A stretch of DNA of 64,000 nt from Auanema rhodensis (GCA_964057225.1 OZ059895.1:3968001-4032000); one strand, 5' to 3'; positions 37,863 through 53,918 are shown, numbered from the stretch's first letter. Program-made: numbers and translations. The notes: generated by a model not told the origin, from the sequence alone.

Positions 37863-38365
37863 TTATTTTCGTTTGGTACATGGGCAGATAATAAAATTAT
37901 ACTGCTTCAAATTACAAAATTTACAAATTTTTGCTTTTGTGCAATCTCCTTTATGTCTGTTAAGACAGAGTAAGCATAACTTCATAGAGACTGCTTTGGT
38001 AAACTTAGAAAGTTTAGATGGATGTTGGGAACATTTTTCGGTGTTGTGTTCTTTTTTACAGAGTTTGCAGTATGACTTCGGTTTATATGTTATAGTTGAT
38101 GTACCATCTTTCTTAAATAATTTTTTGTTATTTATAAGTTGTTTATTATTAAATTATATACCTTTTCTGGTTGTTTACTACTTATCTCTCGTTTTTCAGA
38201 GTAAATATCATTCAATTTCTTCAGTGCTTCACACATAGTAACCACGTGTTTCTCCAGAAAGGATATTCTTTCTATGAGATTGTCGGTGGTTGCTTGGTTT
38301 TCTTCAATTCCTTCCTCCAGAAGTAGTTCTTCATAATCATTCATGATTTCGTTCTGTTCCTTCAT
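37863..38365 (-). CDS. Spliced zinc-knuckle accessory gene, copy 3
   Basis: Same sequence as copy 1 at +15508. Confidence 0.8.
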
Positions 38366-38614
38366 GAGAAATGAATTTTTCTGTTAGATTCTTTTCTTTA
38401 TATACTATTTCTGGTTGCGTGACTTTACGTGACGTTCACGTAACGTTATGACGTGTCACGAATCATCCGCCGCAAAAAAAAAACGACCGATTAACTCTTT
38501 TCACATAATTTGAATTACTTTTTATTTAAAATTAATATATATATATATATTTTTTTTATTCTAGAAACTACACTATGCATCTACAAAATTTAATTTAATT
38601 CAATGTTGTTATAG

Positions 38615-41600
38615 CTAAAAGAACATAGTGTAGTCAATTTTTTCGATATTCCGAAGTCTATTTTTCCATAATTCTGGATTATTCTCTTTTATATTTTTTG
38701 GTTCATTACTTTTTTCATGATTTTGCAATGATTCACTGTTTATTCTATGATTTTCTTCGTTATTTGGTGTATTTTCTGATATTTCCAGAGGGATGAGATG
38801 ATTAATAGATCTGAGAAATCGATTCCCTTCAGAATTTCTAATTTTGACGGTTCTGATCTCTCCATCTTGCGAATATATCAATTCTTCAATAATTGCAAGT
38901 GGCCATTTGTGTCTTTTTACGTTATTTTCAATGCATAAAACAATTTCACCAACTTTGGGATTTGTTTTATTACAGTTTTTGTTGATAGCACTCTTGTTAG
39001 ATAATGCTCTTAGTTCTTCAAGGTAAGTTAAAGACCATTCTCTCCAAAATTCCGAAATAGTTCTATTGCAAATACTCATCCAGTCTTTTATTTCGTTAAT
39101 TTGAGATAAATTTGTTTTCTTTGCATTATCCGAGAATTCGCAAATGAGGTTTTCTGGATGGTAGTACTCTAGACTTTTAGGAGTTATTATTTTGTCAAAA
39201 TCGTCATGTATGTACGATATAGGTCTCGAATTTATTATATTTTCAATTTCTGTTAAAATTGTACTTAATTCATTGAAATAAACTGTTCTTGTTCCAAGTG
39301 TTTTTATTAAGTACTTTTTTGTTACTCCAATCAATCTTTCATAAAATCCTCCTTTCCATGGTGAATAAGGAGTTATTTTTTGCCAGTTTACATGCTTTTT
39401 TTCAATGAAAGTTTCGAGAATTTTATCAGTTTTTGTAAACTGACTGCCGTTATCTGATATTATTTTTGTTGGTACTCGTTTTCGAGCAAAAAATTTTCTC
39501 AGATTTAGTGTTAATTCTTTACTGGAGATTGCTCCAGTAAAGATTGGCTTTGGCTAAATCCAAATATACTGCTCGTGTACACAGGCAAGTAATTAACATA
39601 ATCCAAACCTTCTTGTCATAATTACTATTTGTTTTTACTAATAACGGACCGGCGTAATCAATACCTATATTTTCGAAAGGTTTATATATTAGGACTCTTT
39701 CTTTTGGTAATTGAGGATAATTTGGGTATTTATATGGCCTATTATTTAATTTTTTACATTTTAAACATTTTGAAATTACTGTATTTATGCATGTTTTAAG
39801 TTTTATGATGAAAAATTCTCTTCTTACTATTGCCATCATGGTTTCTCGCGAACTATGAAGCGATGTCTCATGAATGTAAGTAAGAATGAGTTTAGTGAAT
39901 GTTTTTTTTCCAAAAAGAAGAATTGGATACTGTTTGTTACTATTTTCTGAGTTGCCTAATCGGCCTCGCACTCTTAATATTCCAGAATCATCTGTAATTA
40001 TATCCAATTTCTTGTATTTTTCTTTTTTAAGCAAAATGCTGTTTTGGTTTTGATGACATTTTATTAGAAGTTGTTGAATCATTTTGTTTTTTGTCAACGT
40101 ATCTTTTTCATTAAAATTCTCAAGCAGATTTTGACTTGTTTTTCCGATATTTTTCTGCATTTTAGTGATGAAAATTAGAACTTGGCGAATTATGTTAATG
40201 AACTTTGAATACGATGAAAAAGTTTGTGCCAAGAAATCTAAATCTTGATTCTCAGCTGGATTCATATCAGATTTTAACAACAAAGTCACTATTTTTAGTT
40301 GTGGTTCATCACAATACTTTTCTATAACTTCTTTCAATGTTTTTATGTGCAAATTTCGTTCTTTTTCTGCTTTATACCATTGAGGACCTTCGATCCATTG
40401 CATATATGTTTCATCGGGTTTTTCTAAACCTCTCGTAGGTAAATCGGCAGGATTAAACTTTGTATTCACATAAAAAAATTCAATTTTTCGGTTTCCTTGT
40501 TCAATTTCGGTTATTAATTCTGTTATTTTGTTCAATCTGTTCTGTACATATATTTTTTTCGTTGGATTCTTATGTAACCAACATAGAACAACTTGTGAAT
40601 CAGTGAAAATTTTAATATTTTTGATTTTTACGTTTATTTCTTTGATATTTTCTTTTAACATTTTCATTCCGAAAAGAACAGCAGTTAGTTCTTTCATTGG
40701 TATGGTTCCTTCAACCATTGTCGATGATTTAGAGCATAAAAAATCTATTTTTTCAATTTTTCCATGAATATTTATACTCATCACATATGCGACGGCCGCT
40801 ATGACATCTTTAGACGCGTCAGTGAATAATAAAAATTCATATTTTTGAGATGTATCGCTTGTTTCATCGATAATTGCTCTTTTAATTTCGATTTTTTCGT
40901 TTTCGATCTTTTTATATAAGGTTTTTCATACTGATTGTTGTTTTTCTGGTATTAGTTCGTCCCATCCTATTTTGGAATCCCAAATTTCTTTCAAAAATAA
41001 CCTTAGTTTTAATGTTAGAGGTTGTGTTATACCGAGAGGGTCGAATATTGAGTTTATATAGCTCAAAATTCCTCTTTTGGTGATAGACTTCTCTTCCCAT
41101 TTGGGTATTTTTATTAATAAAACATCTTTTTCACCGTTGTAATGCATTCCTAGTATTTTGAAGCTTGTTTCTTTAATCTGGTCTTTGATTGGGATCATGT
41201 CTTTTTGAATTACATCATTAGTATAAAATTCTCTAACGTTCATTCCTATTTTTGAAAATAAATTTTTTACTTCCTCATAAAATTTGAAAATTTGATCTTT
41301 ATTTTCAATTTTCAGCATTATGTTGTCCACATAAATGTTTCTTAATATATTTTCTGAGATTTCACTTTTTTCCGTTTTTAAAAAATAAATTATGCTTGCT
41401 GCTAATAGGAATGGTGAACTGTTCACTCCAAAAGGTATTCTTGTAAATCGTAAGTTTAGAATGTTACTTTTCTGCGTTCCTTTGTGAATGTCTTTCACCC
41501 ATAAAATTCTTGTTAAATCTCTATGATTTTCGTCTAATTCTATTTGGTGGAACGCTTTCTCTATGTCCCCTATTAAGAAGTTTCTACTCATTCTGAGTCT

Positions 41601-43631
41601 TATTAGCATGCCTGCAAGACTTGGTATGATGCCTTCACCTTGATACAGTATGTCATTGAGAGATTTTTCATTTTTCTTTTTACTTGATGCATTTAGAACA
41701 ATTCTGAGCTTTGTAGTCAGGCTCGACAGTTTTAAAACATAATGATGTGGTATATAATAAGTGAAAAAAGGATGATTTTGCTCTGGAGCAATTTCTAGAA
41801 TTCCAGTTTTCATTTGTTCCATCATTGTTTCGTTATATTTCATCAAAATATCGGTTTTATCTTTCATTGTGTTCAGTATGCCATTCAAACATCCGATACT
41901 TTTGCCATAATTATCGTTAATTGATTGAACATCCGGTCTTATTGGAAATTTAACTTTAATTCGATCATTTACATATTGTACATTATCGTAAAAATGTTTC
42001 CAAGCCATTTTATCTTCATATTTACGTATTTCTTCTTTAGTTGCTTTTTTATTATCATCATTTAAACTAATTCCGTTTAAAAAACAGCTTATATCTTCGT
42101 TTTGAACGGATTCTTTTGAATTACTATCATTACAGTCACTTTGAGCAATAATAGGATGTATTATAGTTGGTATTATAATCAAATCATTACGTATATTAAT
42201 AGATTTGAAAGTTTTTGGAACAAAATCGAAGAAATTGTCCATTCCTATTAAAATATCTGGTTCTACAAGACCTTTTTCAAATAATAATGTATTACTTTTT
42301 AGTTTATATGCTTTGATTTCTTTAATATCCTCTTCATTTAATATGGGCATATTAACATATTTTGTAATTTGATCAATACTCATTAGTTTTACTGCTTTTT
42401 TAACTTCGGGAATATCCCACATAACTTCTCTAGATGATATGTTTTTTATATTGTTATTTATGCTTGAAATACTTAAAGATTTTTCGTTTAAAATTTTTAA
42501 ATTCAACAGTTTCGCTGTTTTTTCTTTTATAAATGATTGATGAGAGCAAGTATCGAATAATATTACTAGATTTTTATGATAAGTTTTGAAAAATGATATG
42601 AAAAATGTGTTATTTCTATTTTTTTCTGTGTTATTTATATTTTCTGATAAAAGATTAGTTCTTATTATCCCTTTTCTATTACATTTTTCATTATTCGAAA
42701 ATTTTGCCCTAATGGTTCTTGATTGCCACCTGTTAGTTGAAGTTTCTGGCCTCTCTCTTCATTAGCATAATATTTTCTTTCATTTTGGTTTGGGGTACCT
42801 TCATTAGCATATGCGTTTCTGTTGTTTTTGAGTGTAGTTTGCTCATTAGCATATTGGTTTTTTATGCAAATGCTTTGATGATGCCGTCCATTGCATATTT
42901 CGCATGGTTTTTCTTTACATTCGAATGATGAATGTTTTTTGCTAAAACAAATCCAGCATACTTTGTTTTGCATAATAATATTTCGCTTTTCGCTAATTGG
43001 TTTCAATTTTCTACAGTATTTCGTATCATGATTATCCATTCTACAGTATATGCATGTTTTTTCAATTTGTTTTGTAGGGCTATAATTATTTTCGTTCATT
43101 CTATTATAATTTTTTATTGTTTTCGGATTTCTTTCTTTATTTGAATTTGTTAAAAAATTAATTGTTGATCTATGCTCATATTTTTCACTTTTGCTGTTTT
43201 TTGTTGCTGCAATTCCTGCTTCTATTTTGATTTCTATGCATTTTAGCACGTCTTCTATGTTCATTCTCCTTTTTTCTGTTATTTCTATTTCGGATATTTT
43301 TGTGTTGATCTCTATATCAAATTTGCTTTTTATTATTTCTATTATTTCATCATTATCAACGTTTTCGTACTCTTCTAATGCTGATATTATTGACTTAATT
43401 TTATAAAAATTTTCTCTTGCATGTATTGGGTTGTTATATGATTTTCTTACGTTACTAAGCTCCATTTTAAATCTTTTTTAATTTCGTAAGGTCTATCAAA
43501 CGTATCTTTTAACAATTTCAGAGCTTTTGCATAATTGTTCGCCTCTAGGCTGATGTGTTCCAACAGTTGTGATGGGAAGCCGGTAAGTGATGTTTTGAGA
43601 TAGTATAATTTTTCTAATTTTGTTATTTTTT
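38615..43631 (-). pseudogene. Family B gag-pol pseudogene, copy 3
   Basis: As copy 1 but retains the 45 bp (38851-38895; IIEELIYSQDGEIRT). Confidence 0.95.
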
Positions 43632-43632
43632 C

Positions 43633-44637
43633 GCATCATTTTTCAAACGATCATAACTGAATTTTGTATTGAGCGTTTTTCAATGAAATATAGTGCATTC
43701 GATGCGGATTTTTAAGCTGCGTCGATCTGTGTTATCAGATTTGCGCTAGCTTAAAAATGTACCGAGATATCAACTGATATGAGTTCACACTTATATCCTC
43801 GATTTTCACCCTGAAGAATTAATTTTTTCGTTGAATAACATTGTCCATCGTCTTTGCCTTGAAAAAGGAATCTAAAAACATCTACTTTTTGTTAAATTAT
43901 TTTGAAATTTTTTGAAAACATTTTTGTCAAAATGTTTTTGGAAGCAATGTTGAGTGTACATGGAAACTCAACATACACTAATGCATCATTTTTCAAACGA
44001 TCATAACTAATTTTTGTATTAAGCGTTTTTCAATGTAGTATAGTGCATTCGATGCGGATTTTTAAGCTGCGTCGATCTGTGTTATCAGATTTGCGCTAGC
44101 TTAAAAATGCACCGAGATATCAACTGATATAAGTTCACACTTATATCCTCGATTTTCACCCTGAAGAATTAATTTTTTCGTTGAATAACATTGTCCATCG
44201 TCTTTGCCTTGAAAAAAGGAATCTAAAAATATCTACTTTTTGCTAAATTATTCTGAAATTTTTTGAAAAAATTTTTGTCAAAATGTTTTTGGAAGCAATG
44301 TTGAGTGTACATGGAAACTCAACATACACTAATGCATCATTTTTCAAACGATCATAACTAAGTTTTGTATTAAGCGTTTCTCAATGAAGTATAGTGCATT
44401 CGATGCGGATTTTTAAGCTGCGTCGATCTGTGTTATCAGATTTGCGCTAGCTTGGAAATGCACCGAGATATCAACTGATATAAGTTTACACTTATATCCT
44501 CGATTTTCACCCTGAAGAATTAATTTTTTCGTTGAATAACATTGTCCATCGTCTTTGCCTTAAAAAAATGAATCTAAAAACATCTACTTTTTGCTAAATT
44601 ATTCTGAAATTTTTTGAAAAAATTTTTGTCAAAATGT
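43633..44637 (-). repeat. Inverted satellite block (unit 3)
   Basis: Same as 28080-29084. Confidence 0.98.
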
Positions 44638-45661
44638 AAATCAGTTCACATTGTTGACTCATAGCGCGTAGTCGCATTTATTATTAACTGTTTTATCACT
44701 ATAAATTGAATAAATCATTATTTTTATATTCTGTATCTTTTCGGAATATAAATTTCGTTCATACAAAGAAAGAAACAAAAAATTCCCCATTCACCTATAA
44801 TCTATAATCTGTTCGAAAATGCCCTTTTTTAGGGGGAATGTTTCGTATATATACGAAAGAATAAGTAATGAATCATTAAATTAAGTAAAACATAAGAAAT
44901 TTGGTTTTAAATAGAAAATAAGTAAATTCATTTTAAAATATATTTCTGTTGTGAGCGGTCGTATACAGTTTACGTCATATTTACGTGAACTGACGTACGC
45001 CAAATGCTTCACTTTTAAATTTATATTCCGAAAAGATACAGAATATAAAAATAATGATTTATTCAATTTATAGTGATAAAACAGTTAATAATAAATGCGA
45101 CTACGCGCTATGAGTCAACAATGTGAACTGATTTAAAAGTGAAGCATTTGGCGTACGTCAGTTCACGTAAATATGACGTAAACTGTATACGACCGCTCAC
45201 AACAGAAATATATTTTAAAATGAATTTACTTATTTTTAGCGCGTAGTCGCATATTTAATAATATATATCGTGATTCATAAAATATTTCTTATAAATAAAT
45301 CATTTTCATTATATTTCGTTTTAATTTCGAGATATAAAAAGATATATATTATTAAATATGCGACTACGCGCTATGAGCCAACTATGTGAACTGAAAGATA
45401 ACTTTATAGTCCTCGTTACGTCAATTTCACGCGCTTATGACGTGACGCGTATACAACCGGTTTTCTCAAACCAAATGAGAATAAATGATTAATGAATTAT
45501 TTCTTTTCAGGATGATTTTAATATTTAATGAATTCTCACTTTTTTAATAGTTTCTCCGTTACTTTCATTAAATTTCGTATAATATACGAAACATTCCAGC
45601 CCGAATCGGGTTGTTTAATATGTTTCACGAAAGAATTCATTTTATTTCATTTAAAAAATGT

Positions 45662-46164
45662 TTATTTTCGTTTGGTACATGGGCAGATAATAAAATTATA
45701 CTGCTTCAAATTACAAAATTTACAAATTTTTGCTTTTGTGCAATCTCCTTTATGTCTGTTAAGACAGAGTAAGCATAACTTCATAGAGACTGCTTTGGTA
45801 AACTTAGAAAGTTTAGATGGATGTTGGGAACATTTTTCGGTGTTGTGTTCTTTTTTACAGAGTTTGCAGTATGACTTCGGTTTATATGTTATAGTTGATG
45901 TACCATCTTTCTTAAATAATTTTTTGTTATTTATAAGTTGTTTATTATTAAATTATATACCTTTTCTGGTTGTTTACTACTTATCTCTCGTTTTTCAGAG
46001 TAAATATCATTCAATTTCTTCAGTGCTTCACACATAGTAACCACGTGTTTCTCCAGAAAGGATATTCTTTCTATGAGATTGTCGGTGGTTGCTTGGTTTT
46101 CTTCAATTCCTTCCTCCAGAAGTAGTTCTTCATAATCATTCATGATTTCGTTCTGTTCCTTCAT
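45662..46164 (-). CDS. Spliced zinc-knuckle accessory gene, copy 4
   Basis: Same sequence as copy 1 at +23307. Confidence 0.8.
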
Positions 46165-46413
46165 GAGAAATGAATTTTTCTGTTAGATTCTTTTCTTTAT
46201 ATACTATTTCTGGTTGCGTGACTTTACGTGACGTTCACGTAACGTTATGACGTGTCACGAATCATCCGCCGCAAAAAAAAAACGACCGATTAACTCTTTT
46301 CACATAATTTGAATTACTTTTTATTTAAAATTAATATATATATATATATTTTTTTTATTCTAGAAACTACACTATGCATCTACAAAATTTAATTTAATTC
46401 AATGTTGTTATAG

Positions 46414-49400
46414 CTAAAAGAACATAGTGTAGTCAATTTTTTCGATATTCCGAAGTCTATTTTTCCATAATTCTGGATTATTCTCTTTTATATTTTTTGG
46501 TTCATTACTTTTTTCATGATTTTGCAATGATTCACTGTTTATTCTATGATTTTCTTCGTTATTTGGTGTATTTTCTGATATTTCCAGAGGGATGAGATGA
46601 TTAATAGATCTGAGAAATCGATTCCCTTCAGAATTTCTAATTTTGACGGCAAGTGGCCATTTGTGTCTTTTTACGTTATTTTCAATGCATAAAACAATTT
46701 CACCAACTTTGGGATTTGTTTTATTACAGTTTTTGTTGATAGCACTCTTGTTAGATAATGCTCTTAGTTCTTCAAGGTAAGTTAAAGACCATTCTCTCCA
46801 AAATTCCGAAATAGTTCTATTGCAAATACTCATCCAGTCTTTTATTTCGTTAATTTGAGATAAATTTGTTTTCTTTGCATTATCCGAGAATTCGCAAATG
46901 AGGTTTTCTGGATGGTAGTACTCTAGACTTTTAGGAGTTATTATTTTGTCAAAATCGTCATGTATGTACGATATAGGTCTCGAATTTATTATATTTTCAA
47001 TTTCTGTTAAAATTGTACTTAATTCATTGAAATAAACTGTTCTTGTTCCAAGTGTTTTTATTAAGTACTTTTTTGTTACTCCAATCAATCTTTCATAAAA
47101 TCCTCCTTTCCATGGTGAATAAGGAGTTATTTTTTGCCAGTTTACATGCTTTTTTTCAATGAAAGTTTCGAGAATTTTATCAGTTTTTGTAAACTGACTG
47201 CCGTTATCTGATATTATTTTTGTTGGTACTCGTTTTCGAGCAAAAAATTTTCTCAGATTTAGTGTTAATTCTTTACTGGAGATTGCTCCAGTAAAGATTG
47301 GCTTTGGCTAAATCCAAATATACTGCTCGTGTACACAGGCAAGTAATTAACATAATCCAAACCTTCTTGTCATAATTACTATTTGTTTTTACTAATAACG
47401 GACCGGCGTAATCAATACCTATATTTTCGAAAGGTTTATATATTAGGACTCTTTCTTTTGGTAATTGAGGATAATTTGGGTATTTATATGGCCTATTATT
47501 TAATTTTTTACATTTTAAACATTTTGAAATTACTGTATTTATGCATGTTTTAAGTTTTATGATGAAAAATTCTCTTCTTACTATTGCCATCATGGTTTCT
47601 CGCGAACTATGAAGCGATGTCTCATGAATGTAAGTAAGAATGAGTTTAGTGAATGTTTTTTTTCCAAAAAGAAGAATTGGATACTGTTTGTTACTATTTT
47701 CTGAGTTGCCTAATCGGCCTCGCACTCTTAATATTCCAGAATCATCTGTAATTATATCCAATTTCTTGTATTTTTCTTTTTTAAGCAAAATGCTGTTTTG
47801 GTTTTGATGACATTTTATTAGAAGTTGTTGAATCATTTTGTTTTTTGTCAACGTATCTTTTTCATTAAAATTCTCAAGCAGATTTTGACTTGTTTTTCCG
47901 ATATTTTTCTGCATTTTAGTGATGAAAATTAGAACTTGGCGAATTATGTTAATGAACTTTGAATACGATGAAAAAGTTTGTGCCAAGAAATCTAAATCTT
48001 GATTCTCAGCTGGATTCATATCAGATTTTAACAACAAAGTCACTATTTTTAGTTGTGGTTCATCACAATACTTTTCTATAACTTCTTTCAATGTTTTTAT
48101 GTGCAAATTTCGTTCTTTTTCTGCTTTATACCATTGAGGACCTTCGATCCATTGCATATATGTTTCATCGGGTTTTTCTAAACCTCTCGTAGGTAAATCG
48201 GCAGGATTAAACTTTGTATTCACATAAAAAAATTCAATTTTTCGGTTTCCTTGTTCAATTTCGGTTATTAATTCTGTTATTTTGTTCAATCTGTTCTGTA
48301 CATATATTTTTTTCGTTGGATTCTTATGTAACCAACATAGAACAACTTGTGAATCAGTGAAAATTTTAATATTTTTGATTTTTACGTTTATTTCTTTGAT
48401 ATTTTCTTTTAACATTTTCATTCCGAAAAGAACAGCAGTTAGTTCTTTCATTGGTATGGTTCCTTCAACCATTGTCGATGATTTAGAGCATAAAAAATCT
48501 ATTTTTTCAATTTTTCCATGAATATTTATACTCATCACATATGCGACGGCCGCTATGACATCTTTAGACGCGTCAGTGAATAATAAAAATTCATATTTTT
48601 GAGATGTATCGCTTGTTTCATCGATAATTGCTCTTTTAATTTCGATTTTTTCGTTTTCGATCTTTTTATATAAGGTTTTTCATACTGATTGTTGTTTTTC
48701 TGGTATTAGTTCGTCCCATCCTATTTTGGAATCCCAAATTTCTTTCAAAAATAACCTTAGTTTTAATGTTAGAGGTTGTGTTATACCGAGAGGGTCGAAT
48801 ATTGAGTTTATATAGCTCAAAATTCCTCTTTTGGTGATAGACTTCTCTTCCCATTTGGGTATTTTTATTAATAAAACATCTTTTTCACCGTTGTAATGCA
48901 TTCCTAGTATTTTGAAGCTTGTTTCTTTAATCTGGTCTTTGATTGGGATCATGTCTTTTTGAATTACATCATTAGTATAAAATTCTCTAACGTTCATTCC
49001 TATTTTTGAAAATAAATTTTTTACTTCCTCATAAAATTTGAAAATTTGATCTTTATTTTCAATTTTCAGCATTATGTTGTCCACATAAATGTTTCTTAAT
49101 ATATTTTCTGAGATTTCACTTTTTTCCGTTTTTAAAAAATAAATTATGCTTGCTGCTAATAGGAATGGTGAACTGTTCACTCCAAAAGGTATTCTTGTAA
49201 ATCGTAAGTTTAGAATGTTACTTTTCTGCGTTCCTTTGTGAATGTCTTTCACCCATAAAATTCTTGTTAAATCTCTATGATTTTCGTCTAATTCTATTTG
49301 GTGGAACGCTTTCTCTATGTCCCCTATTAAGAAGTTTCTACTCATTCTGAGTCTTATTAGCATGCCTGCAAGACTTGGTATGATGCCTTCACCTTGATAC

Positions 49401-51385
49401 AGTATGTCATTGAGAGATTTTTCATTTTTCTTTTTACTTGATGCATTTAGAACAATTCTGAGCTTTGTAGTCAGGCTCGACAGTTTTAAAACATAATGAT
49501 GTGGTATATAATAAGTGAAAAAAGGATGATTTTGCTCTGGAGCAATTTCTAGAATTCCAGTTTTCATTTGTTCCATCATTGTTTCGTTATATTTCATCAA
49601 AATATCGGTTTTATCTTTCATTGTGTTCAGTATGCCATTCAAACATCCGATACTTTTGCCATAATTATCGTTAATTGATTGAACATCCGGTCTTATTGGA
49701 AATTTAACTTTAATTCGATCATTTACATATTGTACATTATCGTAAAAATGTTTCCAAGCCATTTTATCTTCATATTTACGTATTTCTTCTTTAGTTGCTT
49801 TTTTATTATCATCATTTAAACTAATTCCGTTTAAAAAACAGCTTATATCTTCGTTTTGAACGGATTCTTTTGAATTACTATCATTACAGTCACTTTGAGC
49901 AATAATAGGATGTATTATAGTTGGTATTATAATCAAATCATTACGTATATTAATAGATTTGAAAGTTTTTGGAACAAAATCGAAGAAATTGTCCATTCCT
50001 ATTAAAATATCTGGTTCTACAAGACCTTTTTCAAATAATAATGTATTACTTTTTAGTTTATATGCTTTGATTTCTTTAATATCCTCTTCATTTAATATGG
50101 GCATATTAACATATTTTGTAATTTGATCAATACTCATTAGTTTTACTGCTTTTTTAACTTCGGGAATATCCCACATAACTTCTCTAGATGATATGTTTTT
50201 TATATTGTTATTTATGCTTGAAATACTTAAAGATTTTTCGTTTAAAATTTTTAAATTCAACAGTTTCGCTGTTTTTTCTTTTATAAATGATTGATGAGAG
50301 CAAGTATCGAATAATATTACTAGATTTTTATGATAAGTTTTGAAAAATGATATGAAAAATGTGTTATTTCTATTTTTTTCTGTGTTATTTATATTTTCTG
50401 ATAAAAGATTAGTTCTTATTATCCCTTTTCTATTACATTTTTCATTATTCGAAAATTTTGCCCTAATGGTTCTTGATTGCCACCTGTTAGTTGAAGTTTC
50501 TGGCCTCTCTCTTCATTAGCATAATATTTTCTTTCATTTTGGTTTGGGGTACCTTCATTAGCATATGCGTTTCTGTTGTTTTTGAGTGTAGTTTGCTCAT
50601 TAGCATATTGGTTTTTTATGCAAATGCTTTGATGATGCCGTCCATTGCATATTTCGCATGGTTTTTCTTTACATTCGAATGATGAATGTTTTTTGCTAAA
50701 ACAAATCCAGCATACTTTGTTTTGCATAATAATATTTCGCTTTTCGCTAATTGGTTTCAATTTTCTACAGTATTTCGTATCATGATTATCCATTCTACAG
50801 TATATGCATGTTTTTTCAATTTGTTTTGTAGGGCTATAATTATTTTCGTTCATTCTATTATAATTTTTTATTGTTTTCGGATTTCTTTCTTTATTTGAAT
50901 TTGTTAAAAAATTAATTGTTGATCTATGCTCATATTTTTCACTTTTGCTGTTTTTTGTTGCTGCAATTCCTGCTTCTATTTTGATTTCTATGCATTTTAG
51001 CACGTCTTCTATGTTCATTCTCCTTTTTTCTGTTATTTCTATTTCGGATATTTTTGTGTTGATCTCTATATCAAATTTGCTTTTTATTATTTCTATTATT
51101 TCATCATTATCAACGTTTTCGTACTCTTCTAATGCTGATATTATTGACTTAATTTTATAAAAATTTTCTCTTGCATGTATTGGGTTGTTATATGATTTTC
51201 TTACGTTACTAAGCTCCATTTTAAATCTTTTTTAATTTCGTAAGGTCTATCAAACGTATCTTTTAACAATTTCAGAGCTTTTGCATAATTGTTCGCCTCT
51301 AGGCTGATGTGTTCCAACAGTTGTGATGGGAAGCCGGTAAGTGATGTTTTGAGATAGTATAATTTTTCTAATTTTGTTATTTTTT
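46414..51385 (-). pseudogene. Family B gag-pol pseudogene, copy 4
   Basis: Same lesions as copy 1, including the 45-bp deletion. Confidence 0.95.
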
Positions 51386-51386
51386 C

Positions 51387-52391
51387 GCATCATTTTTCAA
51401 ACGATCATAACTGAATTTTGTATTGAGCGTTTTTCAATGAAATATAGTGCATTCGATGCGGATTTTTAAGCTGCGTCGATCTGTGTTATCAGATTTGCGC
51501 TAGCTTAAAAATGTACCGAGATATCAACTGATATGAGTTCACACTTATATCCTCGATTTTCACCCTGAAGAATTAATTTTTTCGTTGAATAACATTGTCC
51601 ATCGTCTTTGCCTTGAAAAAGGAATCTAAAAACATCTACTTTTTGTTAAATTATTTTGAAATTTTTTGAAAACATTTTTGTCAAAATGTTTTTGGAAGCA
51701 ATGTTGAGTGTACATGGAAACTCAACATACACTAATGCATCATTTTTCAAACGATCATAACTAATTTTTGTATTAAGCGTTTTTCAATGTAGTATAGTGC
51801 ATTCGATGCGGATTTTTAAGCTGCGTCGATCTGTGTTATCAGATTTGCGCTAGCTTAAAAATGCACCGAGATATCAACTGATATAAGTTCACACTTATAT
51901 CCTCGATTTTCACCCTGAAGAATTAATTTTTTCGTTGAATAACATTGTCCATCGTCTTTGCCTTGAAAAAAGGAATCTAAAAATATCTACTTTTTGCTAA
52001 ATTATTCTGAAATTTTTTGAAAAAATTTTTGTCAAAATGTTTTTGGAAGCAATGTTGAGTGTACATGGAAACTCAACATACACTAATGCATCATTTTTCA
52101 AACGATCATAACTAAGTTTTGTATTAAGCGTTTCTCAATGAAGTATAGTGCATTCGATGCGGATTTTTAAGCTGCGTCGATCTGTGTTATCAGATTTGCG
52201 CTAGCTTGGAAATGCACCGAGATATCAACTGATATAAGTTTACACTTATATCCTCGATTTTCACCCTGAAGAATTAATTTTTTCGTTGAATAACATTGTC
52301 CATCGTCTTTGCCTTAAAAAAATGAATCTAAAAACATCTACTTTTTGCTAAATTATTCTGAAATTTTTTGAAAAAATTTTTGTCAAAATGT
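51387..52391 (-). repeat. Inverted satellite block (unit 4)
   Basis: Same as 28080-29084. Confidence 0.98.
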
Positions 52392-53415
52392 AAATCAGTT
52401 CACATTGTTGACTCATAGCGCGTAGTCGCATTTATTATTAACTGTTTTATCACTATAAATTGAATAAATCATTATTTTTATATTCTGTATCTTTTCGGAA
52501 TATAAATTTCGTTCATACAAAGAAAGAAACAAAAAATTCCCCATTCACCTATAATCTATAATCTGTTCGAAAATGCCCTTTTTTAGGGGGAATGTTTCGT
52601 ATATATACGAAAGAATAAGTAATGAATCATTAAATTAAGTAAAACATAAGAAAATTGGTTTTAAATAGAAAATAAGTAAATTCATTTTAAAATATATTTC
52701 TGTTGTGAGCGGTCGTATACAGTTTACGTCATATTTACGTGAACTGACGTACGCCAAATGCTTCACTTTTAAATTTATATTCCGAAAAGATACAGAATAT
52801 AAAAATAATGATTTATTCAATTTATAGTGATAAAACAGTTAATAATAAATGCGACTACGCGCTATGAGTCAACAATGTGAACTGATTTAAAAGTGAAGCA
52901 TTTGGCGTACGTCAGTTCACGTAAATATGACGTAAACTGTATACGACCGCTCACAACAGAAATATATTTTAAAATGAATTTACTTATTTTTAGCGCGTAG
53001 TCGCATATTTAATAATATATATCGTGATTCATAAAATATTTCTTATAAATAAATCATTTTCATTATATTTCGTTTTAATTTCGAGATATAAAAAGATATA
53101 TATTATTAAATATGCGACTACGCGCTATGAGCCAACTATGTGAACTGAAAGATAACTTTATAGTCCTCGTTACGTCAATTTCACGCGCTTATGACGTGAC
53201 GCGTATACAACCGGTTTTCTCAAACCAAATGAGAATAAATGATTAATGAATTATTTCTTTTCAGGATGATTTTAATATTTAATGAATTCTCACTTTTTTA
53301 ATAGTTTCTCCGTTACTTTCATTAAATTTCGTATAATATACGAAACATTCCAGCCCGAATCGGGTTGTTTAATATGTTTCACGAAAGAATTCATTTTATT
53401 TCATTTAAAAAATGT

Positions 53416-53918
53416 TTATTTTCGTTTGGTACATGGGCAGATAATAAAATTATACTGCTTCAAATTACAAAATTTACAAATTTTTGCTTTTGTGCAATCT
53501 CCTTTATGTCTGTTAAGACAGAGTAAGCATAACTTCATAGAGACTGCTTTGGTAAACTTAGAAAGTTTAGATGGATGTTGGGAACATTTTTCGGTGTTGT
53601 GTTCTTTTTTACAGAGTTTGCAGTATGACTTCGGTTTATATGTTATAGTTGATGTACCATCTTTCTTAAATAATTTTTTGTTATTTATAAGTTGTTTATT
53701 ATTAAATTATATACCTTTTCTGGTTGTTTACTACTTATCTCTCGTTTTTCAGAGTAAATATCATTCAATTTCTTCAGTGCTTCACACATAGTAACCACGT
53801 GTTTCTCCAGAAAGGATATTCTTTCTATGAGATTGTCGGTGGTTGCTTGGTTTTCTTCAATTCCTTCCTCCAGAAGTAGTTCTTCATAATCATTCATGAT
53901 TTCGTTCTGTTCCTTCAT
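53416..53918 (-). CDS. Spliced zinc-knuckle accessory gene, copy 5
   Basis: Same sequence as copy 1 at +31061. Confidence 0.8.
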